Both the position numbers and the translations under genes were made by a program. From assembly GCF_009914755.1 (NCBI RefSeq), contig NC_060925.1: DNA of 64,000 nt; one strand, given 5' to 3'. Every line of letters begins with the position of its first letter. The stretch's first letter is position 1. The notes under the pieces were generated by a model. The model was not told the DNA's origin, did no database searches, and saw nothing but the letters and a program-made list of their open reading frames with translations. Below, one piece after another: positions 51,731-64,000 of the stretch. The DNA is from the human T2T-CHM13v2.0 reference genome, Homo sapiens.

Positions 51731-53829
51731 TGAAGCACATTTGCCCTTCTACACGTACTATAGTCTAAGGGGGATTTCTGTAGACTGCATGAAATCCTAT
51801 CCGTATTCAGCAAGAATGCAGCTCTCTTCCGGCCTGTGGTTCCACTAAAGGCTTTCCCCTAATGCTGTTACAAGGGGCAGCTGTATGACAGCAATAGTTG
51901 CTTATTTATTCACTGTAGTGACAGTTACATTTCATGGAGCAGCTGCTGAAGCCAAAAATGTTCAGCAAGGGCAAAATGTGATAAAAGCTCAATGCAATTT
52001 GGTTGCACATTATTAAGTTTTAATTTTTGGTTCAGGAATAAATTTTGTTTTCTGAAGCTATTTTTAACTCGTTTCTACAGTTGAAAAAGAGATGAATTAC
52101 TCTCATCCCATCAATTAAATTGGTTAGAAAACCCTCTTGGATTTAAGACCTGAGTTTACTCTAGCTGAAACACAGGCAAAGTAGAGTTTATTTGGGGGTG
52201 GAAGTAGAAGTAGGATTCTAGGGAATGAATTTGTAGTGGCGTTTTGAAGACATTTAAATTTTAACTTTTTACACCACATTTCTTTACCTGTAAAACGAGA
52301 ATAATATTAACACTGTTGTTTGGATCAAATGAATTAATGAGTGCACAACAGTTAAAATGTAAAGCACTAGATGTTAGTTAGTGTTAGTGTATTATTACTA
52401 CATTGATTTGTGCTCAATGAATGATTAGTCAACAAGTTTGATTGCAAGTAGTAGACACTCTCTCAAAAATATGGTTTGTTACAAGGCTGTATTAGACAAT
52501 ACCTCATGCAAAGAGGGTCCAATATTAAGTACAGGTGGGCCCCAAAGGGACAGGAGTCAGGAATGGAGATGTTCTCTCTTTCCCCAGGGCCATGTGGTTT
52601 CTTACCTCTGATTTTCCGTGTTTCTGTTCCATGCTCCTCTTTGCAGTTCAGCTTCTTCTCTCTATTCTTTCTTTCTTCTCTCAGGGCCCACATTAGAGCT
52701 TTTGCATAGCTTTGGTTTGGTATTAGCTCCAACTCCAAACCTGCCTGGGTTTTAGTTCTAGAGCCCATCGCAAAGTGGTGCATTCTATGTGTCTTAGTTG
52801 GCTTCTTATTAGAGAATGGTTGGCTGGCACTTGGCCTTGGGTCAGTTTTTCACCCTGGGACATCCACTGAGATGTGACAGGGCAGAGGGGTCCCATCAAA
52901 CCACTTGGACCTGCCTCTTCAGCAGGGACTAAGGGCTGGGGAGCTGCTAGAAAGATGGTGGGCGAGAAAGCATCTGAGATCCTATCTGCTGCAAATGGCT
53001 GTGAACGAAATGATGAAATGCCAAGGTCCTCTGACAATAAATCTGGGGGATAGGATCGTTAGTGCCCAGGGCTTCCATGGTGGCAGGGGTGCCAAACCCA
53101 GGGCTCTAGAGTTTGGTGCCAAGCCAGCATCTAGACATGAACATTCTAGGTAGTTGTATGAAAGGAAGAACATTCAGAAGAAGGGCTCTTTAACATATTT
53201 GAGCCCCAGTTCCATCTATAAAAAGGTGATAATGTCTACTTTATCAGGTATTAGAATTAAGTGAGAAAAGGTATCTTACAGCTAGTCCGAGATACTTGGA
53301 ACATAGTATGTGTGCAATAAATGTAATTGCCTTTTGCTTTTCTTTCCCTCCTGCTTATGCACTATTTACTATAGAAGCATATCCATTTAAAAGAAGCAAT
53401 TAAAATGATTTTCCTATTTTGTTGTACTTGAAAATAAATTCAATTATTTGTAGGTAATTGATTTAAGTGATGTCTATCCAAACGGCTTACTAGATTTTTC
53501 CTGTTTCTGATAGTAAAAGGAAAATCAGAGCCACTTAATACTTTTTATTGATTTCTTGAGATAAATGCTGGTGTGACTTTGCAAATACTGTCTGTGTACT
53601 GAATTCGTAATAACAGACTATTTCAGGATCCTCTCCTAGTATGCAGGTCTCTCTTTGTAAACAGTGGTGGTGCCTCTCAGATGCAGCCTCACACTTGGAG
53701 GTGAAAATATTTCCTGAGCAGCTTCCTGAACTTATTCAATATTTAGAAAAGGGCACCTCATTATTTTCCCTTTCTTGCCCCAAGTGATACATGCTCTCTT
53801 CTGGATGAAGCCTTCTTATTTCTGTCTTC

Positions 53830-55330
53830 CATAGCTCACTCATACATCTCTGCTGTTAAAACTCTTTTCTCTTTCTTTTGTGCTTTCTCTTTCAGCTGTG
53901 TATTTTCTCTCCTGAATCTTCAGCTTCTGCCTACAAGAACTTCTCCCCCTTAGTCCACAAAGAAGTTAACTTTGCCTTATCTTTAGAAAAGCCCTCTTAA
54001 ACCTGCTTCCCTTTCAAGCTAACCTCCTATTTCTTTCCTTCTCTTTGCCAACATAAAAAATAGATAGAGACGAATCTCCAAATGAAAAGGTTTTATTTAA
54101 GAATAATATGCGAGAAGTAGGATTATAATCTGGGACATACGTACGGAACAGGGTGGCCTCTAGTATGTCTGGAAGAACAAAGGAAAATGGTTAGAGTTTT
54201 TAGGGGGAAAGAAGAGGTTATACAAGTTGATTTGAAGGAAAGTCCATTGGTGCTGGCAGTATCTTCTAAGGGCTGGTGAGTTTTGATCAGCGAGGGTTGG
54301 TGTTTGCTAGGTAGGACTTAGAATATTGGACTTCTAGTCAGGCCCTTGTGGTTTTGGATTAGGCCTGTGAGACAGTGTGTCAGGCAATTGTTCTTGTATC
54401 AGCCACTAGCTGTCCTTGTACTGCTAGCTGTCCTTGGGTGACTCATGTAGTAAGTTGCAGTATTGCCTGATAATAGTTCCTGTTATCAGGCAAATCATGT
54501 GTGAGAGCTCCCTCTTCATTTTGCCAGGGTTTGACACAAGTGACTCCATTTTGAATCTGACAACTTTCTTACCTTCCAAACTTTCAAAAGGGTTAGTATG
54601 GGTTGATTTTCACAGCTTCCTTGTGCCTCACTTCCTTTCCAACCAGTGGCCCACAATTTCTACCTCAACTGCTTTACAGATTCTGCTTTCCCGAGCCATT
54701 AATAGCCGTCTCATGCTAACTCACATGACCTCCTAATGTTTGATCTTGAACATCCCTTTCTCGTTGAAATTCACTGCTTTCTTGACTCCTGTGACAAAAT
54801 ACTCTACTGCTTATTTTCCTACCTCCAAGGAGACATGCTTTCTTCTTCTCCCCTTCATACTCTATGTCTGGGTTTCTTTTGTAGAACTTGACAGATATTA
54901 TTAGCTTTGCTTTTTTATTATGTGTCTCCACCAGACTATAAGCTTCAGGAAGGCAAGGCCTATTTCTGTCTTGTTTACCACTATAACCGGTGCACATTTA
55001 TAACTATAAATGTTACCATTCTCCCTGTATCTCTGTCCACATGCTCTGAGGGTGCTTTTGTCTCCTTTCTCCTTTACCCTCTCCATCTAATCAGGCACGG
55101 AGGCCAATTTTACCTCCAAAGTATCTCTGGACTCCGTCTCAACATCCCTGTCCCCGCTGCTCAGCGTGAGGCCCTCCTGATGTCTAGGCAGCACTTAGGG
55201 GCAGAGTTGACAAGGTGATATCCCAGTCCATCCCCGTGCCAGTCTGTCCCATGCAGTGTTGACAAATTTTCCTTCCTAAAACACAGCATGGATCACCTAA
55301 CACCCTGCTTACAGACTTCTGAATCTTCAC
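53830..55330 (+). mobile_element. L2 fragments, interrupted by the LTR at about 54052-54562
   Basis: Pyrimidine-rich L2 motifs (ttacctccaaagtatctctgg, cttcctaaaacacagc..gatcac, ccctgctta). Confidence 0.55.
54052..54562 (-). mobile_element. MER67/MER31-family ERV1 solo LTR
   Basis: Ends gggtttgacacaagtgactccattttgaatctgaca; internal hairpin tgcctgataa...ttatcaggca. Confidence 0.7.
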
Positions 55331-55704
55331 AGTGGTTATTCAATCAACTCTATGTTGCCCTCAATTTACCCTTCAATTATTCCCTCCTGTTGCTTCCCAT
55401 CTTATTGACTTGTGTGCAGGCAGGGAATGGGGGTGCCCTTAGTCAACTAGAGAGGAATGAAAGAGTTGCTTTATACTACTTTGGAGTGTTGTCCTGGTCA
55501 CTCTAGAGCTCCAAGACACACTGTTAAATTGGGAAGGTAAGACAAATTTAAAAAGAACAATAATATCTATAGGACAAAGAAAGGAAAATAATTGCTGAGC
55601 ACAAGCGATATATTGCCTATTTTATTTAGCTTGGAATAAATATACCTTACTCTGATGGTAAGATTAAACCTAAATGTCCCAAGATAGAAACAGACAGTAA
55701 AGAA

Positions 55705-55900
55705 TAGTGATTGAGTGCACGGACTCTGAAACCAAACTGCCTGGTTTTAAAAAGCATTTTTACTAGCCATGTGACTCTGAGCAAGTCACTTAATCTCTTA
55801 TGCCTCAGTTTCCTAATCTGTTAAATGGGAATGATGAAGTTGTCAGTATTACATGAGTGAATACATATGAAATGTTTAGAAGAGTGCCTGGCACATATAG
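55705..55900 (+). mobile_element. MIR
   Basis: gagtgcacggactctgaaaccaaactgcctgg...gcaagtcacttaatctc..tgcctcagtttcct...gtgcctggcacata. Confidence 0.85.
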
Positions 55901-58900
55901 TACTATACAATTGTAGGAGGCTGTTCCTGGTGTTGATTCAACAAATATCCATCAAGTGCATATAATTGGGCAAAGCACTGCACAACTATTGGGTAAAGTA
56001 TGAGGGAAGGAAGAAGGAAGGAGAAAGAAAAAGTTAGAAAATGGAAGTCTGGGATAACTCACTTTTCTGACTTGGACACACCATGAAATGAGTGCCATTC
56101 ACTAAAGGAAATACAGTAAGAAAAGCAGGGAATAGGAACTTACATGTTCAAGTTTTATGTTATAATTTCTATTGGTTTCTTTTTAGACCTTTTCAAGTAG
56201 CTATTATCTCTCAAAATGTGAAATCCACAAATGCGTATTACTTTTAAATAACTTTAAGGGCCGAGAACAGCAGATAAGTAGGTAGATTAGAAAAATACTT
56301 CAGGAGTGGGAAAAAGGTAACATTTATGGGTCCATATTCCTATTCCAAACAATGCCTAGGAGAAACTGTTGGTGAAATCAGGAAATGCTGCCAGAAGAGC
56401 TGGTAATCGGTCACGTAGCCTGCTTCCTAGCAGCATGGGACGGATGTGAGCACTTGCTTTTCCCTGTTCCTCTGTGGATCAAACCTGGGTCAAGTTCTAG
56501 GTGGGAGCTGTTCAGTGTTGCTTTTCTCTCTACATTAAAATAGTCAGTGTTCAAGAATAATTGCTAGAACAATAGTGCCAGGTATCAGAAGTTTATATTA
56601 TTATTAATAAACTACTTATTCACCACTTATGTGTAAGACATTGCATTATATATTTTACATGAATTACTTAATTAGGTGGGATTTCATCTATCTGTAGAAT
56701 ATTAGAGCAAGAAAGGGCCTCAGAGCTAATATGGTCCAACCTTCTCATTTTGCAAGTGAGCAAACTGGAGCCATGGAAAAGATTAAATAGCTTGCCGAAG
56801 ATCTCATCTTGAGTTATTGTTACTAACAAGCTGGCAACGCAATACGGCTGACAAATATGCAACTGGACACTATGAAATCACTCGGGCTCCTCAATCTTTT
56901 TAAGTTATTGATACAAACAAGTAATTGTGTCTTTGCCTCACAATTTAACTAATTCCGTACCTGACAATCTTTAAACAAGACAAAGTCTAATTTTCAGAAA
57001 CATGTCCTTTTGTGTTTTGTGAATGCAACCCACTCAGGTTTTGGAAACACATGGATACTACATTGAGCTGAATTACTCGTTTTTCTATTTTTATCCTCAT
57101 TTATAATCTCTTTTCAACACCTGATTTAAAAAAAAATTGGAGAGAAAAATTGTGATAGCATTTTGTCTGTGTCTTTAAGAATTTACCTAAAATGTCTAGC
57201 TCCTGAAATAAGCTAGTAAATAGATTTACTTTGCTCTGTGAGCCTGTACCTTTCTTTAAAGAAAGAATAATTACACAACTTGGGGGTTATTTTCCCTCTG
57301 GCTAAAAATGGCCTGGTAAGTACCCTGAACAATCTCTCCCCTCTGTTCCCTCCTAGCTTTCTCACATGCTCTGCATGCTGTTTCTTGAAAATCCAGATGC
57401 TCTGGGCTCCAGCTTGGTCTCTCTGCCTAACATCTGATTTGAAACACTGCGCTAAAACCATCTGCTGTATTTGGGGAATAAAGGGTGGAGTGAGTAATGC
57501 TTTTTACAAATGTGTCCAAATAGGGCAATCAAGAGAAGGATAATATTAATAAGACGTGAAGGCCTGTTTGGTGCCGAGCCCTCTGGTTGGCCACTCAGTG
57601 GCTTTTGGGGTATTTGTGTTCTCTGCCTCACACCAAGCTTGTCTCAGCTTGTGCATCTTACCGTTTCTTGGCAGCAAGATATCTGTTATACGCTCTGACT
57701 AAACTGAACACTTTTAATGGTGAAGTGAGAATTCTGAAGTTCAAAAAAGCCTGAGATGGATTGTAAAGTTGCTATTCTTGAAAGATGCGCTTGAGCTCCT
57801 CAGCATCCTTTGTAACTAACATGCATCTGGAGCAGCTATGATTCTTGTTTCTTTCCCTCACTATGGACCCATTTCCAACTGAGCTGGATGTGTGCCCTCG
57901 CAGCTCTGTGCAGGGATTTCGGTGGGCTGTCTGCAGGTTTTATTGAACATCCGTAAATCCTCGGCTTGGGTATGCTTCCAGCTACCACTTTAATCTGTTC
58001 CTGGTATACAGTGCTCTAGGTTTTTAGCACTGGGGGCTGGGGAGGCATCTGTTTTGCTGCTGCAAGCAGAGGATGGAATAGTAACCTTGGTTTCCCATGC
58101 GCTGTGGAACATGATGAGGAGTTCTTAGGAGACCACGGTTACCGTCTTTAGCACAATCTGCTCTCTTTTCCCAGAGAAGTACCATCTCTGAGAAGCATAT
58201 TTTTCAACTTATTGTAAATGAAGCCTATAGGGCTGCATGGGGCAGGGAAATTATACATAATTTATCCAAATATTTGTTCTTTCTGAGAGAGGAGTATGAG
58301 AGTAGGGATGCAGCTGTGGGGCTCATAGAGACACTTAATGGAGACACGTCGAACAAGTGAATCGTGAGAGGGTAGAAAGGCAGGGGCTGTGGGTCTGGGC
58401 AGAGGGTGTGGGAAGTTGGGATGGGTGGACACAATAGGAAACCGAGACTGAAAACATCTGTGCTGCTGTCTCTATGAATCCTTGGTGCTTAACTCTTCAC
58501 AGAAGCTGGATCTGTGTGTGGCCAAGACCTGTTGAATTGCTCGCCTGATGTAAATTTCCCAAGACTTTGGCTCATACGTACTTTAGCCTCCTGGTTACAG
58601 CCAAGAGGAAAGTGACTCAAAACCTGCTCTCCTAAGGTTCTCTGGGAAGCCTGCTATGTGTCTGGACTGCATGGGGTCTCTTGACTTCAACCAGACTTTT
58701 CAGCATGTTTCAGTCAGTCTCTAAGGAATGAATCTTTGCTGAGATTTTTTTTTCTCCTCATACTACAGAAATTCTCAGAATTGTTCACACAATCTGGGAA
58801 GTTCAAATATTTTTCCCTAATCTTTGAAGACATTGATGTGCAATGCAGAACTTTAAGATCCAAAAATCTTAATTCAACAGAAAAGTCTTGTTGTACTGAG

Positions 58901-59011
58901 AAAAACAAAACAAAAACAATTCCTTAAATTATCTGAACATTTTAGTCTTTTCCCTCCCTTTTTCTCACTTCTTTTCCCCTCTAAGGACACAGCAAGAGTA
59001 AGCGGAAGCTA

Positions 59012-59091
59012 TTAGGTTGGTGCAAAAGTAATTGAGGTTTCGGCCATTACTTTCAATGGCAAAAACCACAATTACTTTTTCACCAACCTAA
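59012..59091. mobile_element. MADE1 MITE (Hsmar1-derived)
   Basis: 80-bp ttaggttggtgcaaaagtaattg...caattactttttcaccaacctaa with TA TSDs. Confidence 0.95.
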
Positions 59092-59515
59092 TACTTCATG
59101 GTGGTGACCCTGGAGTTTTCTTGCTATCATCCAAACACTTTTAAAATACCTTTATTTTGGATTGTTTTAAATCCATTGTTTTACAAACAGTGAATTTAAA
59201 TTGAGGACCTCCTCCTCTGGCTGGAGTGCCCTGAAGAATTGTCCTTTATGCTAAGGAAAGGTAATTCTTAGGAGGGAGTCTCCTTTAAAGAGCCCCAAGC
59301 TAACGGCTCAATAATAATAATAATAATAACAATAAAAAATGCCATTCATCGGCTATCTACTATGGACCTGGCCCTTTATGAATGCTCTATTCAACCTCAC
59401 AACATCCTTTCAAACTACTATTATTTATCCCCACTTTAAAGCATAGAAAATTGAGTCTCAGAGTTAAGTGAATTGATTAACTTTACAAAGCTTAATACAT
59501 GATGAGGCTGGGATT

Positions 59516-60635
59516 TTTTTTAAATTAACTTTTATTTTAGGTTTGGGGGTACATGTGAAGGTGAGTTACCTAGGTAAAGATGTGTCATGGGGATTTGTAT
59601 ATATTATTTCATCACCCAGGTATTAAGCCCAGTACCCAATAGTTATCTTTTTTTCTCTCCTCCCTCCTCTTACCCTCCCTCCTCAAGTAAACCCCCATGC
59701 CTGTTGTTGTCTTCTTTGTGTTTATAAGTTCTTATCATTTAGCTCCTACTTATAAGTAAGAATGTGCTGTATTTTGTTTTCTGTTCCTGCATGAGTTTGC
59801 TAAGGATAATAGTTTTCCAGCTCCACCCATGTTCCTGCAAAAGACGTGATCTCTTTTTTTATGGCTACATAGTGTTCCATGGTGTATATATGCCACATTT
59901 TCTTTTTCCAGTCTGTCACTGATGGGCATTTGGATTGATTCCATGTCTTTGCTATTCTGAACAGTGCTGCAATGAACATTTGCATCATGTGTCTTTATGG
60001 TAGAATGATTTGTATTCCTCTGGGTATATACTCAGTAATGAGATTGCTGGGTCTAATGGTAATTCTGCTTTTAGCTCTTTGAGGAATCGCCATACTGCTT
60101 TCCACAATGGTTGAACTAATTTACTCTCCCAACAATAGTGTATAAGGGTTCTCTTTTCTCTGCAACCTCGCCAGCATCTATTTTTTTACTTTTTAATAAT
60201 AGCCATTCTGACTGGTATGAGATTGTACCTTATTATGGTTTGGATGTGCATTTCTCTAATAATCAGTGATATTAAGCTTTTTTTCATGTATTTATTGGCA
60301 GCATGTATGTCTTCTTTTGAGATGTATCTGTTCATGTCCTTTGCCCACCTTTTAATGGTCTTATTTGTTTTTCCCTTGTGAATTTGTTTGAGTTTCTTAT
60401 AGATGGTGAATGTTAGACCTTTGTTGGATGCATAGTTTGCAAAAATTTTCTCCCATTCTCTAGGTTGTCTGTTTACTCTGTTGATAGTTTCTTTTGCTAT
60501 GCAAAAGATCCTATCTTGTCCATTTTTGCTTTTGTTGCGATTGCTTTTGGCCTTTGTCATGAAATCTGTGTTTGTTCCTATGTCCAGGATGGTATTGCCT
60601 CGGTTGTCTTCCACGGTTTTCATAGTTTTGGATTT
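59516..60635 (-). mobile_element. 5'-truncated L1PA13-15-like LINE-1 inserted into a MIR (about 59340-59515 and 60649-60690)
   Basis: ORF2 C-terminal peptides (FIAALFRIAKTWNQ); TSD tgaggctgggatt (59503-59515) / tgaggatgggatt (60636-60648). Confidence 0.9.
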
Positions 60636-60689
60636 TGAGGATGGGATTGGAATCCAGCTCTGTCTGAATCCCAATCCCGTGATGCTTGT

Positions 60690-60692
<3 letters not shown>

Positions 60693-60736
<44 letters not shown>
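60693..60736. repeat. (TC)n microsatellite
   Basis: About 22 perfect TC units. Confidence 0.95.
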
Positions 60737-60740
<4 letters not shown>

Positions 60741-62226
60741 ATTGTATTCTGTAAGAGGACCAAGTGTTGAGCAAATTGGAGTTGAGAGACATCGGTAATT
60801 AGGACAGTTGAGGTAGTAATCATAGCATTTGCTCAGTGGTGTAGGCATTACAAGAGCCTTTCTTTGCTTGCTTTCTTTCTATCTTACTTAGTTCCCACAA
60901 CACCCCTGGAACATGTCTTCTTCAACCTTTAAGTCAACCTAATGAAATGATTCACCTTGGAGTCACTAGTAAGTTCAGACAAGCCCAGGACACTGCTGAA
61001 CCATCGATCGCAATTGCCCAAAACCCAGGTATGGTGACACACATCTTTATTTCCTGACCTGCTTCTGCTTGATTATAGTCCCTCAGTCCCAGCATCAAAG
61101 ACTATTGTCTTTCACTTTCAACTCTACTTTTGTCTTTTCAATTTGTTAATTGCTATTGTTCATCCCAGCTGGACCCACAATGCCAAGACTTTGGCTGCTC
61201 TTCACTCTGCAGTTATGTGGCTGATCTGGCAGGATAACCCACCCAGAACCAAATTAAATTGGAAGGTCAGTTCAGCTGGATAGTTGCCAGGGAGGAAATC
61301 CTACCCAGATGCCACTTAAATTGGGAGATCAGTAGGGCCATTTACTGGAGTGCCAATAATTCAAAGCATCAAAATACACTTGTGGTCTAAACTATGCCTG
61401 GAAATATAAAAACATGGAGAAAGATGATATTTCCATAACTCGTCTCAGGGAGAGTACTGTATATCGTGTAAGAAAAACACAGATAAGCTACTTTGGAGGG
61501 GAGAGTGACAAGACACCCAAGGTAAATTATTGAGTAGCAATAGCTGGCAAGAGCTAAGTTGCTGAGAAAAAGAAGGAAGATAGAAATTGGTAGCCTGCAG
61601 CCCACGGTGCTCTTTCCCCTCTTAGTCTTCAACATCTCCTGTAGACAATGTTGAACAGATATTGAAACAAAACAAAGAGGCACCTGCTTCAGGACTACCA
61701 AATTGTTATCCTGCTATGTCACCAATATGTCTCATTCTGCTCCTGACCCCACCAGCCTCAGAACCTAGATGCTAGAACAAAGCTCCTTGGCTAGTACTCA
61801 AGCCCAGCCCCTTCCTACTCCTGTAAAGTGGGTTTGTATAGATGTAGGTGTCGTTGTTGTCATCATCATCATCGTCATCACATTTTCAGATGAGGATCTC
61901 TGAAAGTGAAATACCCAAGGCCATTCACCTAGGAAGAAGCAATGGCTTCTAAAACTACAACATGATCCCTACATAGCACATACTAAGGTAAACTAATACT
62001 ATTTTTAAAAATCTAACAATGGTCATAGAAGACTGGAGCTGGTCTTTGTGTTTCCTGTCAAAGAGTTCCTCTGCATCTTTTCTTAGTATGCTAGGAATAC
62101 ATATTTCTTAAAAGTATCCTGACTTATGTCCAGAGAAAGCAAATACTACTAGTATTTGCCTCTTGTTCTAGAATGTGTTCTCAGAAAATGTTAATAAACA
62201 CATATATGTCTTTAGTGATCACATTT

Positions 62227-62537
62227 TTTAAACTTTTATGTTAGGTTCAGCGGTATAGGTGCAGGTTTGCTATATAGGTAAATTAAGTGCCACAGGGTTT
62301 TGGTGTACAGATTATTTAATCACTCATGTAATGAGTGTAGTACCCAACAGGTAGTTTTTCAATCCTCTCCCTCCTCCTACCCTCCACCCTCAAATAGGCC
62401 CTAGTGTCTGTTTTTCCCTACTTTGTGTCCATATGTACTCAGTGTTTAGCTCCCACTTGTAAGTGAGAACATGTGGTATTTGGTTTTCTGTTCCTGCGTT
62501 GGTTTGCTTAGGATCATGGCCTGCAGATCCATCCATG
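62227..62537 (-). mobile_element. Short L1PA15/16-like 3'-end insertion
   Basis: L1 3'UTR antisense; TSD ttagtgatcacattt (62212-62226) / ttagtgaccacattt (62538-62552). Confidence 0.9.
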
Positions 62538-63586
62538 TTAGTGACCACATTTCAAGGGTGCTTTTACGTTCTTTCACATTAGGGAACACTATCATGCCTC
62601 CAGCTGACCAAGAGCTGAGTCCTCTTGGTCCAGGTGCACTTCCATGAAAGTGCCTGAATTGTTCTTTTGCTTAGGACTTTATAAGCTCCTTAAAAGTTCA
62701 TGGGAGAGGAAGTCAAGACCACCAAGGAAAGAAACCATACACATCCAAAGTGAACTGAAGCTTAAGTATATTTTTAAAAATTCACACCATCTAAAGGCAT
62801 GAGTGTGGTGTGAGGGCTCCAATCTCTTTTCACTAGGAGATTCTTGAAATCCTAAATCAAAAATGGTTTGGGATTGGTGATATCCAGTTGTATTCTAGAG
62901 ATCTTCCTTCATCCTGACTTAGTGTTTCTGAACAGAATTATTCACTTCTCCAGTCCAAGCTGGTTTGTTTGTTTGTTCCAAATCTTAACATCTGTTTTCT
63001 ATGTGGTTGATTAAAAGGTTAGAATTCAAGGCAGGCGTATTTTCTGCCTCAACCACCCATAATTTAACCACTATACAGCTATTTTTCTTGCTATTTCTGT
63101 TTCTAAATACTACCACACATGATTTTTTTGGGACTTCTTTTTGTGACCCCTCTATGCGAGGAAGTTAGATTTGTTTATAGAGCTCTAGGGCTTGAGGTAG
63201 AAAAAAATTATCTCCAGGACTCTTTCCTGCCTGGAAGAACCTTCTTCAGCCACTTTCACATCCCTTCTGCTTGTCTGCATCTCATCCATTACCTGGGACT
63301 CCTCCACTGCCCAGTCCTGAGGCAGTGCTCTGGGTTCTTTTCCAGGAGTACTGCTTTTGGTCATTAGCTGACTGCTGCTCACTGGATGGCTATGTGAAGA
63401 GTCTCTTTACACTGCAGGGCTGGTTGGAAAGTCATGGACCCATTGAAGGCAGTGTGAACTCACTGTCTTGTGTTTCTGAACAGAAGAGCAAGGCATATCT
63501 GGCTCTGGTAGAACTGGAGGGGACAGATGTCTCTCCTTGTTCTACCTGTTTAAAGTTAACAAAGAGTAATAGTCTGGGAAAGAAAC

Positions 63587-63660
63587 CTGAAAAAAAAAAA
63601 AAAAAAAAAAACAAAAGAAAAAGAAAAGAAAGGAAAAGAAGAAAAAAGTGAGGGAGAGGC
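63587..63660 (-). promoter_or_regulatory. Candidate 3' splice site (branch-point-like ctcac, about 60-nt polypyrimidine tract, cag|G)
   Basis: Minus strand reads ccctcac-ttttttcttcttttcc...(t)n-cag|gtttc. Confidence 0.4.
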
Positions 63661-64000
63661 CAAAAAAGAGCAGCCAGACCTTCTGCCCTTGCTTCAATAA
63701 TATCTGATCCATCATGATCGTTCCTGTGTACTGGAGTTCTGAATGAGGTCTCCATTGACCAAAGGAGACTGCTGCAAAGATAAAAAACTGAAGGGCACTT
63801 ATCTTATCCAGTCCCTTCATTGCAAAAGATGAGTAAAATGTGTTATAGGAAGGTTATGAATAGCTAGGGAATATCAGAAACACACATATTGTCTTTTCCC
63901 TTTATTAATAGATTGTGGGGTATAATGCTGATCTGCTACTATTAGATACATTGAGATCAGATATAATCTGCATCCATACAGTCTTTCCAGAAAATATTAT

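Noticed and set aside
63271-63651. ORF with a poly-Lys/Arg tail (NLS-like)
   Set aside because: The basic tail is just the A-rich tract; no ATG start or homology evidence.

Overview
AT-rich, CpG-poor primate (human-like) genomic DNA dominated by transposable elements. I see no intact protein-coding gene, RNA gene or CRISPR array. The long ORFs are decayed L1 ORF1/ORF2 or THE1-int fragments, or chance ORFs. Main elements: two old L1MA2/3-like LINEs on the minus strand (one near full length, one missing essentially all of ORF2); a full-length L1PA8-like LINE; a 5'-truncated L1PA7-like LINE; a complete THE1C-like MaLR provirus; and many solo LTRs, MIRs, L2s, Alus and MITEs. Best-supported unusual items: (1) an L1 3' transduction, about 370 bp of foreign DNA inside the target-site duplication of the L1PA7 that splits a MER39-like LTR; (2) a 226-bp templated insertion copied from 1.3 kb upstream and followed by iterated 10-mers, plus several other templated-insertion or fold-back scars; (3) a tiny twin-primed L1 insertion; (4) a tentative, heavily decayed retroviral env-like remnant; (5) a strong minus-strand splice acceptor near the right end. 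These are instances of known mechanisms; I cannot support a wholly new biological system from the sequence alone. Subfamily names come from recalled consensus sequences and need RepeatMasker/Dfam confirmation.
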